This document shows positions 23,490 through 32,907 of a stretch of 64,000 nt of DNA, piece after piece. The stretch lies in assembly GCF_056712565.1 (NCBI RefSeq), contig NZ_CM160072.1; one strand, given 5' to 3'. The position numbers and the translations under genes are program-made. Positions within the stretch are counted from its first letter, which is position 1; every line of letters begins with the position of its first letter. Under the pieces are notes generated by a model. The model did not search any database, had not been told where the DNA came from, and was given only the letters and a program-made list of their open reading frames with translations.

Positions 23490-24821
23490 ATGAGCGAATT
23501 GACCGATCTTTTATTGCAAGGGCCGCGTTCTGCCCCGGAATTGCGCCAGCGTCTGGCAATCAGTCAGGCGACGTTCTCACGCCTTGTTGCCAGAGAAGAT
23601 CGGGTGATTCGCTTTGGTAAAGCACGGGCAACGCGATATGCACTGCTGCGTCCTTATCGCGGAATTGAGCGTATTCCCGTATGGCGAGTGGATGATGCCG
23701 GAAAGGCGCATAAATTCGCCGACATCCGGTTGTGCTGGCCGCAGGGAAGTTGTCTGGTAACAGGCGCAGATGGCGACGAACGGTGGTTTGATGGTTTGCC
23801 CTGGTATTTGACCGATCTGCGACCGCAGGGGTTTTTGGGGCGCGCGTGGGGCAGGAAGTTAGCCGCGCAACTGAATCTTACTGAAGATATCCGTCTCTGG
23901 CAGGAAGAAGATGTGCTCTACGCCCTGACCGTATTTAGCGGTGAATACACCGGCGGCTGGCTGGTCGGGGAGGGGAATTATCAGCGATGGATTACTGCAC
24001 AACGCCCTGCGGCAATTCCTCTGGATCAAAAACTCACCCATTACGAACAACTGGCAAGCGATGCACTGGCAGGAGAAATTGTGGGTTCTTCTGCGGGCGG
24101 TGAGCAGCCAAAATTTACCTGCTATGCACAAACGCCGTCAGGCAATAAACATGTGCTGGTTAAATTCACCGTGCCACAGCAAACCGCGGTCAGCCAACGT
24201 TGGGGCGACTTGCTTATTGCGGAATCTATTGCCGCGCAAATCCTGCGCGACGGCGGGATCCACGCCATCGAGTCAACGGTGCTTGTAACAAGTAACAGGC
24301 AGGTATTCCTTGAAGCGGAACGATTTGACTGCAAAGGTAACGATGGTCGCTTGCCCATTGTGTCGCTGGAGGCGGTGCAGAGTGAGTTTATCTCTTCTCC
24401 GGGATCGTGGCCGGAGGCTATGCGCCGTTTGTGTGAGCAACAACTTGTCACTCACCAGAGCGTGGCGCAAACAGAAGTGATCTGGGCGTTTGGGCGACTT
24501 ATCGCCAACAGCGATATGCACGCAGGCAATTTATCATTTTATTTATCTGAACCACCATTTGCGCTGACGCCCGTCTACGACATGCTGCCGATGGCCTATG
24601 CACCAAACAGCGCCGGAATGTTGCGTGATGCTGCCATTGAGGTGAGGTTTGATCTTAACGTCAGTAAAAGTGCATGGTTAACGGCGATCCCGCTGGCGCA
24701 GCAGTTCTGGCAAACGGTCGCCGGAGATCCGCGTATCAGCGAGGCATTTCGCCACATTGCACAAGAAATGCCGGAAAAAATCCGGCAAATCGAAGGGAAA
24801 GTTGCCCGCATGGGCGGGTAA
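23490..24821 (+). CDS. yjjJ: HipA-like Ser/Thr kinase-family protein YjjJ
   Basis: 443-aa ORF; N-terminal HTH-like segment and C-terminal HipA-like region (IANSDMHAGNLSF). Confidence 0.85.
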   Translation: MSELTDLLLQGPRSAPELRQRLAISQATFSRLVAREDRVIRFGKARATRYALLRPYRGIERIPVWRVDDAGKAHKFADIRLCWPQGSCLVTGADGDERWFDGLPWYLTDLRPQGFLGRAWGRKLAAQLNLTEDIRLWQEEDVLYALTVFSGEYTGGWLVGEGNYQRWITAQRPAAIPLDQKLTHYEQLASDALAGEIVGSSAGGEQPKFTCYAQTPSGNKHVLVKFTVPQQTAVSQRWGDLLIAESIAAQILRDGGIHAIESTVLVTSNRQVFLEAERFDCKGNDGRLPIVSLEAVQSEFISSPGSWPEAMRRLCEQQLVTHQSVAQTEVIWAFGRLIANSDMHAGNLSFYLSEPPFALTPVYDMLPMAYAPNSAGMLRDAAIEVRFDLNVSKSAWLTAIPLAQQFWQTVAGDPRISEAFRHIAQEMPEKIRQIEGKVARMGG

Positions 24822-25838
24822 CTATCGCACCGCCCCCGCTATCCATGCCGACAACTCCCGTAGCTCTTTTTCCTGTTCCGGGAAGTCAACCAGCAGCGCT
24901 TCGCACTCCTGTTGCAGCATATCCGCGCGGTACAGACAGCCTTGCAGTCGCCCGGCGAGGGCTTCCAGCGGCGCGGGGTTGAGACTGTCGGTAAACACCT
25001 GGGCGCGGGTGATATGGCCTTTTTCAACGTCGAAATGCAGTTCCACGCCGCCCCAGGTAAAGCGTTCATCCAGCAGATGCGAGAATGCCGGAGCCTGACC
25101 GAAGTTCCATTCCCAGCTACTCTGGCGGGCAAAGGTTTCGGCGAAGTTTGGCAAGTCTGGCGTTTTGTCCGGGGAGATGATTTCCGCTTCCACGCGCTCG
25201 CCATAATGGGCGAAAAAGGCCTCGGTTATGGCCTCGCAAACCTGCTCATGGGTGATCCCCGGTAGCAATTCGGTCAGATTGGTCACGCGGGAACGCACTG
25301 AGGTAATGCCTTTCGCCGCCAGTTTCTTTTTATCCGGATTGAGATAGTTTGCCAGGCGGCTAAGGTCGGAATTGAGCAGCAAAGTGCCGTGGTGGAAGCC
25401 ACGATCTTTGGTTTCGCGATAGGCCGAGCCTGAGACTTTGCGATCGCCTTCGGCGGTTTTCACCACCAGATCGTTACGCCCGGAAGCTTCGGCGCTGACG
25501 CCGAGCGCGTTCAGCGCATTGAGCACAATCGACGTGGAGATAGTTTTATCGTACTCCGGCTTGCCAGCCATAAAGGTAAAACAGGTATTGCCGAGATCGT
25601 GGAACACTGCGCCGCCACCGCTACTGCGCCGCGCCAGGCGGACGTTATCTTCTTCCATCCGCCGGGTATTACACTCTTTCCACGGGTTCTGCGCGCGACC
25701 AATCACTACCGTGTCGGCATTGCGCCAGAGAAACAGAACGCGCTGCGTAGCCGGCATCTGGCGAAAAATACACTCCTCTACCGCCAGGTTAAACCACGGG
25801 TCGTAAGAGTCAGAGATGAGCAGGCGTAATGTGGACAT
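24822..25838 (-). CDS. lplA: Lipoate-protein ligase A
   Basis: 338-aa [28 protein letters not shown]...; [15 protein letters not shown] lipoyl-AMP binding motif. Confidence 0.95.
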   Translation of the reverse strand: MSTLRLLISDSYDPWFNLAVEECIFRQMPATQRVLFLWRNADTVVIGRAQNPWKECNTRRMEEDNVRLARRSSGGGAVFHDLGNTCFTFMAGKPEYDKTISTSIVLNALNALGVSAEASGRNDLVVKTAEGDRKVSGSAYRETKDRGFHHGTLLLNSDLSRLANYLNPDKKKLAAKGITSVRSRVTNLTELLPGITHEQVCEAITEAFFAHYGERVEAEIISPDKTPDLPNFAETFARQSSWEWNFGQAPAFSHLLDERFTWGGVELHFDVEKGHITRAQVFTDSLNPAPLEALAGRLQGCLYRADMLQQECEALLVDFPEQEKELRELSAWIAGAVR

Positions 25839-25865
25839 AACGATTTCCTTTCTTGTAGTAATGGG

Positions 25866-26510
25866 TCACTCTTTTTTCTCGCTTTCTTCCTCTTCCGGCA
25901 CCGGTTTACTGGCGGTTAACAGGAAGGGCGATTGCTGCCAGCGGGTGCGTTTACCCTGTAGCAGCGTGCGGGTCAGCACTACGCCGATTGCCAGCGAGAG
26001 CAGCAACATCAGGCGTAAAATGTTAGTGGTGTTATCCACCTGTTGGGCTTCGGTGGCGAGCGTATGGGTGTCGAGCGTCAGGCGCAGATAGCCGAGCGGT
26101 CCGTTTTTACCCGCAATGGGTTCGACAATCTGCTGGTTAAAATAGCCGCCCGCTTTTTTGCCGTCGAGCGCCAGTCGGTCGCGCACGTCGACGCTTTCGC
26201 CAGAACGGGCGATAAGATCGCCTTGCTCATCATATACGCCTGCGTCGAGAATGCGGCTTTCATCCGTTAACTGATCGAGGATCGCCTGAATGCGTTTTTC
26301 ATCCGGTGAGTCGGTACGCATCCGCGGTGCAACGTTTAGCGTCACCTGCCGCGCCAGGGTGCGGGCCAGTTCTTCCAGCTGTGGATTACGCTGTCGCTGG
26401 TGGTTTTGACTAAACCATGACGCTCCCTGCATCAGCGCCACTAACAAGGCAAGACAGAACAGGACAATCACTGCCCGATGCAGCCGGAATTTCAGTTTTG
26501 TGCGAGCCAT
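25866..26510 (-). CDS. ytjB: Inner-membrane protein YtjB (Smp)
   Basis: 214-aa ORF with N-terminal TM segment; divergent from serB. Confidence 0.85.
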   Translation of the reverse strand: MARTKLKFRLHRAVIVLFCLALLVALMQGASWFSQNHQRQRNPQLEELARTLARQVTLNVAPRMRTDSPDEKRIQAILDQLTDESRILDAGVYDEQGDLIARSGESVDVRDRLALDGKKAGGYFNQQIVEPIAGKNGPLGYLRLTLDTHTLATEAQQVDNTTNILRLMLLLSLAIGVVLTRTLLQGKRTRWQQSPFLLTASKPVPEEEESEKKE

Positions 26511-26615
26511 CTTCCACCCTTTGAAAATTTGAGACTTAATGTTGCCAGAAGCAATGGATACAAGGTAGCCTCATGCGTTATTTTCCCTGCTTCGAACGAT
26601 TTTACAGGAGCCTTA

Positions 26616-27584
26616 ATGCCTAACATTACCTGGTGCGACCTGCCTGAAGATGTCTCTTTATGGCCGGGTCTGCCTCTTTCATTAAGTGGTGATGAAGTGA
26701 TGCCACTGGATTACCACGCAGGTCGTAGCGGCTGGCTGCTGTATGGTCGTGGACTGGATAAACAACGTCTGACCCAATACCAGAGCAAACTGGGCGCGGC
26801 GATGGTGATTGTTGCCGCCTGGTGCGTGGAAGATTATCAGGTGATTCGTCTGGCAGGTTCACTCACCGCGCGGGCTACGCGCCTGGCCCACGAAGCGCAG
26901 CTGGATGTCGCGCCGCTGGGGAAAATCCCGCACCTGCGCACGCCGGGTTTGCTGGTGATGGACATGGATTCCACCGCCATCCAGATTGAATGTATTGATG
27001 AAATTGCCAAACTGGCCGGAACGGGCGAGAGGGTGGCGGAGGTAACCGAACGGGCGATGCGCGGCGAACTCGATTTTACCGCCAGCCTGCGCAGCCGCGT
27101 GGCGACGCTGAAAGGCGCTGACGCGAACATTCTGCAACAGGTGCGTGAAAATCTGCCGCTGATGCCAGGCTTAACGCAGCTGGTACTCAAGCTGGAAACG
27201 CTGGGCTGGAAAGTGGCGATTGCCTCCGGCGGCTTTACTTTCTTTGCTGAATACCTGCGCGACAAGCTGCGCCTGACAGCCGTGGTAGCCAATGAACTGG
27301 AGATCATGGACGGTAAATTTACCGGCAATGTGATCGGCGACATCGTTGACGCGCAGTACAAAGCGAAAACTCTGACTCGCCTCGCGCAGGAGTATGAAAT
27401 CCCGCTGGCGCAGACCGTGGCGATTGGCGATGGAGCCAATGACCTGCCGATGATCAAAGCGGCAGGGCTGGGGATTGCCTACCATGCCAAGCCAAAAGTG
27501 AATGAAAAAACGGAAGTCACCATCCGTCACGCTGACCTGATGGGTGTATTCTGCATCCTCTCTGGCAGCCTGAATCAGAAGTAA
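26616..27584 (+). CDS. serB: Phosphoserine phosphatase
   Basis: ORF-track frame 26478..27584; ATG at 26616 gives MPNITWCDLPEDVSLWPG (322 aa); HAD motif DMDSTAI. Confidence 0.95.
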   Translation: MPNITWCDLPEDVSLWPGLPLSLSGDEVMPLDYHAGRSGWLLYGRGLDKQRLTQYQSKLGAAMVIVAAWCVEDYQVIRLAGSLTARATRLAHEAQLDVAPLGKIPHLRTPGLLVMDMDSTAIQIECIDEIAKLAGTGERVAEVTERAMRGELDFTASLRSRVATLKGADANILQQVRENLPLMPGLTQLVLKLETLGWKVAIASGGFTFFAEYLRDKLRLTAVVANELEIMDGKFTGNVIGDIVDAQYKAKTLTRLAQEYEIPLAQTVAIGDGANDLPMIKAAGLGIAYHAKPKVNEKTEVTIRHADLMGVFCILSGSLNQK

Positions 27585-27632
27585 TTGCCTGCCCGTCATC
27601 CTGCGGGCGGCACAGCATTAACGAGGTACACC

Positions 27633-29015
27633 GTGGCAAAAGCTCCAAAACGCGCCTTTGTTTGTAATGAATGCGGGGCCGATTATCCGCGCTGGCAGGG
27701 GCAGTGCAGCGCCTGTCATGCCTGGAACACCATCACCGAGGTGCGTCTTGCTGCGTCGCCAACGGTGGCGCGTAACGAGCGTCTCAGTGGCTATGCCGGT
27801 AGCGCCGGAGTGGCAAAAGTCCAGAAACTTTCCGACATCAGCCTTGAAGAGCTGCCGCGTTTTTCCACCGGATTTAAAGAGTTCGACCGCGTACTAGGCG
27901 GCGGCGTGGTGCCGGGAAGTGCCATTCTGATTGGCGGTAACCCAGGTGCCGGGAAATCCACGCTGCTGTTGCAAACGCTGTGCAAACTGGCGCAGCAGAT
28001 GAAAACGCTGTATGTCACCGGCGAAGAGTCGCTGCAACAGGTGGCAATGCGCGCTCATCGCCTTGGCCTGCCGACTGACAATCTTAATATGCTGTCGGAA
28101 ACCAGCATCGAGCAGATCTGCCTGATTGCCGAAGAAGAGCAACCGAAGCTGATGGTAATTGACTCCATCCAGGTGATGCATATGGCGGATGTACAATCAT
28201 CGCCTGGCAGCGTGGCACAGGTGCGTGAAACGGCGGCTTATCTGACGCGCTTCGCCAAAACGCGCGGTGTGGCGATTGTCATGGTCGGGCACGTAACCAA
28301 AGATGGCTCGCTGGCTGGCCCTAAAGTGCTGGAACACTGTATCGACTGTTCGGTGCTTTTGGATGGTGATGCCGACTCACGTTTTCGCACCTTACGCAGC
28401 CATAAAAACCGCTTCGGCGCGGTGAATGAGCTGGGTGTCTTCGCAATGACCGAGCAGGGGCTGCGTGAAGTCAGCAACCCTTCGGCAATTTTCTTAAGTC
28501 GCGGCGATGAAGTGACCTCCGGTAGCTCAGTGATGGTAGTGTGGGAAGGAACGCGTCCGCTGCTGGTGGAGATTCAGGCGCTCGTCGATCACTCGATGAT
28601 GGCGAATCCACGCCGCGTGGCAGTCGGGCTGGAGCAAAACCGTCTGGCAATCCTGCTGGCGGTGCTTCACCGTCACGGTGGTCTACAAATGGCCGATCAG
28701 GATGTGTTTGTTAACGTGGTCGGTGGCGTGAAGGTGACGGAAACCAGTGCCGATTTAGCGTTACTGCTGGCGATGGTTTCCAGCCTGCGTGACAGACCGC
28801 TACCGCAGGATCTGGTGGTGTTTGGTGAAGTCGGGCTGGCAGGGGAGATCCGCCCGGTGCCCAGCGGCCAGGAACGAATCTCAGAAGCGGCGAAACACGG
28901 TTTTCGCCGGGCAATTGTTCCGGCAGCTAACGTGCCGAAAAAAGCGCCGGAAGGGATGCAGATTTTTGGCGTTAAAAAACTCTCCGACGCGCTTAGCGTG
29001 TTCGACGACTTATAA
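27633..29015 (+). CDS. radA: DNA repair protein RadA/Sms
   Basis: ORF-track frame 27585..29015; GTG at 27633 gives (M)AKAPKRAFVCNECGADYPRWQGQCSACHAWNT (zinc finger); Walker A GGNPGAGKST; Lon-like C-terminal domain. Confidence 0.93.
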   Translation: MAKAPKRAFVCNECGADYPRWQGQCSACHAWNTITEVRLAASPTVARNERLSGYAGSAGVAKVQKLSDISLEELPRFSTGFKEFDRVLGGGVVPGSAILIGGNPGAGKSTLLLQTLCKLAQQMKTLYVTGEESLQQVAMRAHRLGLPTDNLNMLSETSIEQICLIAEEEQPKLMVIDSIQVMHMADVQSSPGSVAQVRETAAYLTRFAKTRGVAIVMVGHVTKDGSLAGPKVLEHCIDCSVLLDGDADSRFRTLRSHKNRFGAVNELGVFAMTEQGLREVSNPSAIFLSRGDEVTSGSSVMVVWEGTRPLLVEIQALVDHSMMANPRRVAVGLEQNRLAILLAVLHRHGGLQMADQDVFVNVVGGVKVTETSADLALLLAMVSSLRDRPLPQDLVVFGEVGLAGEIRPVPSGQERISEAAKHGFRRAIVPAANVPKKAPEGMQIFGVKKLSDALSVFDDL

Positions 29016-29035
29016 TAAGAGATACGGAGGGAGAT

Positions 29036-30268
29036 ATGTCGTCATTTGATTACCTGAAAACTGCCATCAAGCAACAGGGCTGCACTCTACAGCAGGTAGC
29101 TGATGCCAGCGGTATGACCAAAGGGTATTTAAGCCAGTTACTGAATGCCAAAATTAAAAGCCCCAGCGCACAAAAGCTGGAGGCATTGCACCGTTATTTG
29201 GGACTTGAATTTCCCCGGCAGAAGAAAACGATCGGTGTCGTATTCGGTAAGTTTTACCCGCTGCATACTGGACATATCTACCTTATCCAGCGCGCCTGTA
29301 GCCAGGTTGACGAGCTGCATATCATTATGGGTTTTGACGATACCCGCGACCGCGCATTGTTCGAAGACAGCGCCATGTCGCAGCAGCCAACCGTGCCGGA
29401 TCGTCTGCGCTGGTTATTGCAGACCTTTAAGTATCAAAAAAATATCCGCATTCATGCTTTTAACGAAGAGGGCATGGAACCGTATCCACACGGCTGGGAT
29501 GTGTGGAGCAACGGCATCAAAAAGTTTATGGCCGAAAAAGGCATTCAGCCGGACCTGATCTACACCTCGGAAGAAGCCGATGCGCCGCAGTATATGGAAC
29601 ATCTGGGGATCGAGACGGTGCTGGTCGATCCGAAGCGTACCTTTATGAGTATCAGCGGTGCGCAGATCCGCGAAAACCCGTTCCGCTACTGGGAATATAT
29701 TCCTACGGAAGTGAAGCCATTCTTTGTGCGTACCGTGGCGATCCTCGGTGGTGAATCGAGCGGTAAATCCACCCTGGTAAACAAACTTGCCAATATCTTC
29801 AACACTACCAGTGCGTGGGAATATGGTCGTGATTATGTCTTTTCGCACCTCGGTGGCGATGAGATCGCGTTGCAGTATTCCGACTACGATAAAATCGCGC
29901 TGGGACATGCGCAATATATTGATTTTGCAGTGAAATATGCCAATAAAGTGGCGTTTATCGACACCGATTTTGTCACTACCCAGGCGTTCTGCAAAAAGTA
30001 CGAAGGGCGTGAGCATCCGTTCGTGCAGGCGTTGATTGATGAGTACCGTTTCGATCTGGTGATCCTGCTGGAGAACAACACGCCGTGGGTGGCGGATGGT
30101 TTACGCAGCCTCGGCAGTTCGGTGGATCGCAAAGAGTTCCAGAACTTGCTGGTGGAGATGCTGGAAGAGAACAATATCGAATTCGTGCGGGTTGAAGAGG
30201 ACGATTACGACAGCCGTTTCCTGCGCTGCGTGGAGCTGGTGCGGGAGATGATGGGGGAGCAAAGATAA
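29036..30268 (+). CDS. nadR: Trifunctional NAD biosynthesis regulator/NMN adenylyltransferase/ribosylnicotinamide kinase
   Basis: 410-aa ORF; N-terminal HTH, (H)xGH nucleotidyltransferase motif GKFYPLHTGH, Walker A GGESSGKST. Confidence 0.95.
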   Translation: MSSFDYLKTAIKQQGCTLQQVADASGMTKGYLSQLLNAKIKSPSAQKLEALHRYLGLEFPRQKKTIGVVFGKFYPLHTGHIYLIQRACSQVDELHIIMGFDDTRDRALFEDSAMSQQPTVPDRLRWLLQTFKYQKNIRIHAFNEEGMEPYPHGWDVWSNGIKKFMAEKGIQPDLIYTSEEADAPQYMEHLGIETVLVDPKRTFMSISGAQIRENPFRYWEYIPTEVKPFFVRTVAILGGESSGKSTLVNKLANIFNTTSAWEYGRDYVFSHLGGDEIALQYSDYDKIALGHAQYIDFAVKYANKVAFIDTDFVTTQAFCKKYEGREHPFVQALIDEYRFDLVILLENNTPWVADGLRSLGSSVDRKEFQNLLVEMLEENNIEFVRVEEDDYDSRFLRCVELVREMMGEQR

Positions 30269-30310
30269 TCATCTTTATAAGATGTTGAGTGGGATTACTG
30301 ATTCAAAAGT

Positions 30311-30343
30311 GTACTTAGTACTCCATTTCGGTGTACAATGTAC
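30311..30343 (+). promoter_or_regulatory. Paired GTAC-N3-GTAC palindromes upstream of the toxin gene (candidate antitoxin operator)
   Basis: gtacttagtac (30311-30321) and gtacaatgtac (30333-30343), 22 bp centre to centre, between a TTGAGT -35-like hexamer (30285-30290) and the GGAGGGGG RBS; the second contains TACAAT. Confidence 0.5.
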
Positions 30344-30359
30344 CTGCCAGGGAGGGGGA

Positions 30360-30692
30360 ATGGGTAAGGCGATAATATTTATAGAGACGCCAATGTTTAC
30401 GCGTCAGATCAAGCAGATTGCAACCGATGATGAATTAAAGGAATTACAAAAAGAACTCATCGGAACTCCCGATAAAGGTGATCTCATTCAGCAGACTGGT
30501 GGATTGCGTAAAGTCCGAATGGCTGCGGGTTCACAGGGAAAAAGTGGCAGTGTCAGAATAATTTACTTTCTGGCGACGGAAGAGATTATTTATTTGATTA
30601 TGGCCTATCCGAAAAATGCCAAAGATAGTCTGACAGATACGGAAAAAGCTCAACTAAAGAAGTTGACGAAACTGCTCAAAGGCGAGATATAA
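30360..30692 (+). CDS. RelE/ParE-superfamily toxin, HigB-2/Gp49-like
   Basis: 110-aa product MGKAIIFIETPMF...; core GDLIQQTGGLRKVRMA...GKSGSVRIIYFL...YLIMAYPKNAKDSLTDTEK resembles HigB-2-type toxins as I recall them; strong RBS ggaggggg; stop 1 nt from antitoxin start. ORF-track frame 30282..30692 is an upstream extension. Confidence 0.75.
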   Translation: MGKAIIFIETPMFTRQIKQIATDDELKELQKELIGTPDKGDLIQQTGGLRKVRMAAGSQGKSGSVRIIYFLATEEIIYLIMAYPKNAKDSLTDTEKAQLKKLTKLLKGEI

Positions 30693-30693
30693 A

Positions 30694-30978
30694 ATGAGTT
30701 TTTTTGATGAGTTGAAAACCTCTCTGGAAGAGGCTGTCGAGATTAAACAAGGTTTAAAAGAACCTGCACGGGTGACCCGCTACGAAATTGCGGATGTTAA
30801 AGCTATTCGTGAGCAACTCAACGTTTCTCAAAGTGAGATGGCAAAAGCTCTGGGAACCAGTGTGGATACCATTAAAAGCTGGGAATCGAAGCGAAGAAAT
30901 CCTACGGGATTGGCTGCAAAAGTACTTGCCACAATTAAAGAAAATCCTGCCTTTTTCCGGGAACTTGCTTCCCATTAA
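30694..30978 (+). CDS. XRE-family HTH antitoxin, HigA-2-like
   Basis: 94-aa product; HTH IREQLNVSQSEMAKALGTSVDTIKSWESKRRNP; toxin-first order typical of HigBA modules. Confidence 0.75.
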   Translation: MSFFDELKTSLEEAVEIKQGLKEPARVTRYEIADVKAIREQLNVSQSEMAKALGTSVDTIKSWESKRRNPTGLAAKVLATIKENPAFFRELASH

Positions 30979-30991
30979 TCATTTAACTAAT

Positions 30992-31022
30992 ACCGGATGC
31001 GATGCTGGTGCGCCGCATCCGG
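30992..31022. repeat. REP-like palindrome between the antitoxin gene and the convergent ettA
   Basis: accggatgcgatgctggtgcgccgcatccggc: GCCGGATGCG/CGCATCCGGC stems; may act as a bidirectional terminator. Confidence 0.55.
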
Positions 31023-31033
31023 CATTTTACGCA

Positions 31034-32701
31034 TTACTTCGCAATACGCTTGTACTTGATACGCTTCGGCTCCAGCGCGTCTGCGCCCAGCGTGCGTTTC
31101 TTGTACTCTTCGTACTCGGTAAAGTTACCTTCGAAGAACTCAACTTTACCTTCATCCTGGTAATCCAGAATGTGGGTGGCGATACGGTCGAGGAACCAAC
31201 GGTCGTGCGAGATAACCATCGCGCAGCCCGGGAACTCCAGCAGGGCGTTTTCCAGTGCGCGCAGGGTTTCGATATCCAGGTCGTTGGTTGGTTCGTCGAG
31301 CAGCAGCATGTTGCCGCCAACCTGCAGCAGCTTCGCCAGATGCAGACGACCGCGCTCACCGCCGGAGAGTTCGCCAACGCGTTTACCCTGATCAACCCCT
31401 TTAAAGTTAAAGCGGCCAACGTAGGCGCGGCTTGGCATCTCGGTGTTGCCGATCTTCATGATATCCAGCCCGCCGGAAACTTCTTCCCAAACGGTTTTGC
31501 TGTTATCCATTGAGTCACGGAACTGATCAACCGACGCCAGTTTCACCGTTTCACCCAAAGTGATGGTGCCGCTGTCCGGCTGTTCCTGACCAGAGATCAT
31601 ACGGAACAGCGTCGATTTACCCGCACCGTTCGGACCGATGATCCCGACGATCGCTCCTTTCGGGATCGAGAAGCTCAGGGAGTCAATCAGCAGACGATCA
31701 CCATAGGATTTACGCAGGTTGCTGACTTCCAGCACTTTATCGCCCAGACGCGGTCCAGGTGGAATAAACAGTTCGTTGGTTTCGTTACGTTTCTGATATT
31801 CGGTGCTGTTGAGTTCTTCAAAGCGCGCCAGACGTGCTTTACCTTTTGACTGACGGCCTTTAGTTCCCTGACGTACCCACTCCAGCTCTTTCTCGATCGA
31901 CTTACGACGCGCCGCTTCTTGTGAAGCTTCCTGCGCCAGACGCTGATCTTTCTGCTCCAGCCAGGAGGAGTAGTTACCTTCCCACGGAATACCTTCACCG
32001 CGGTCAAGTTCGAGGATCCAGCCCGCAACGTTATCGAGGAAGTAACGGTCGTGGGTAATCGCCACCACGGTGCCTTCGAAGTCGTGCAGGAAGCGTTCCA
32101 GCCACGCTACGGATTCCGCATCCAGGTGGTTGGTCGGTTCGTCGAGCAGCAGCATGTCTGGTTTTTCCAGCAGCAGGCGGCACAACGCCACGCGACGACG
32201 CTCACCACCGGAAAGGTTAGCGATTTTCGCGTCCCAGTCCGGCAGACGCAGCGCATCCGCCGCACGCTCCAGCTGAACGTTCAGGTTGTGACCGTCGTGA
32301 GCCTGAATGATCTCTTCCAGACGGCCTTGTTCAGCGGCCAGCTTGTCAAAATCGGCATCCGGATCGGCATACAGCGCATACACTTCATCCAGGCGTTTCA
32401 GGGCGTTAACCACTTCAGAAACCGCTTCTTCAATGGACTCACGAACGGTGTGTTCCGGGTTCAGCTGCGGTTCCTGCGGCAGATAACCAATCTTGATGTC
32501 TGGCTGCGGACGTGCTTCACCTTCGATGTCTTTATCAATGCCCGCCATAATGCGCAGCAGGGTGGACTTACCCGCGCCGTTCAGACCCAGGACACCAATT
32601 TTTGCCCCAGGGAAGAAACTCAGAGAGATGTTTTTCAAAATATGACGTTTCGGCGGAACAACTTTGCCGACACGATGCATGGTATAAACGAATTGAGCCA
32701 C
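31034..32701 (-). CDS. ettA: Energy-dependent translational throttle ABC-F ATPase
   Basis: 555-aa ORF MAQFVYTMHRVGKVVPPKRHILKNISLSF...; two ABC cassettes (Walker A GLNGAGKST and GPNGAGKST, LSGGE signatures). Confidence 0.95.
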   Translation of the reverse strand: MAQFVYTMHRVGKVVPPKRHILKNISLSFFPGAKIGVLGLNGAGKSTLLRIMAGIDKDIEGEARPQPDIKIGYLPQEPQLNPEHTVRESIEEAVSEVVNALKRLDEVYALYADPDADFDKLAAEQGRLEEIIQAHDGHNLNVQLERAADALRLPDWDAKIANLSGGERRRVALCRLLLEKPDMLLLDEPTNHLDAESVAWLERFLHDFEGTVVAITHDRYFLDNVAGWILELDRGEGIPWEGNYSSWLEQKDQRLAQEASQEAARRKSIEKELEWVRQGTKGRQSKGKARLARFEELNSTEYQKRNETNELFIPPGPRLGDKVLEVSNLRKSYGDRLLIDSLSFSIPKGAIVGIIGPNGAGKSTLFRMISGQEQPDSGTITLGETVKLASVDQFRDSMDNSKTVWEEVSGGLDIMKIGNTEMPSRAYVGRFNFKGVDQGKRVGELSGGERGRLHLAKLLQVGGNMLLLDEPTNDLDIETLRALENALLEFPGCAMVISHDRWFLDRIATHILDYQDEGKVEFFEGNFTEYEEYKKRTLGADALEPKRIKYKRIAK

Positions 32702-32907
32702 GTTGGACTTCGCCTCTATGTTTATCGTGATGATGAGTTTTCAAAGGCGAAGTGTAGCCTGTTTCCCTGTCTAATCCCAGCCAGTCGATCACCCCGTAAA
32801 AGTAAAAAAGTGTCCGTAACGTGGCGTAAACGGCAATGACTGGTTAGCATAAATCTATTACGCGGCATGACGCTGCATTGATGTATTGACACTTAGAGGA
32901 TGCGCTT

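Noticed and set aside
30282-30359. Upstream ATG giving a 136-aa version of the toxin ORF
   Set aside because: The extension (MLSGITDSKVYLVLHFGVQCTCQGGG) overlaps the palindromic operator region and lacks an RBS, whereas ATG 30360 follows a strong GGAGGGGG Shine-Dalgarno.
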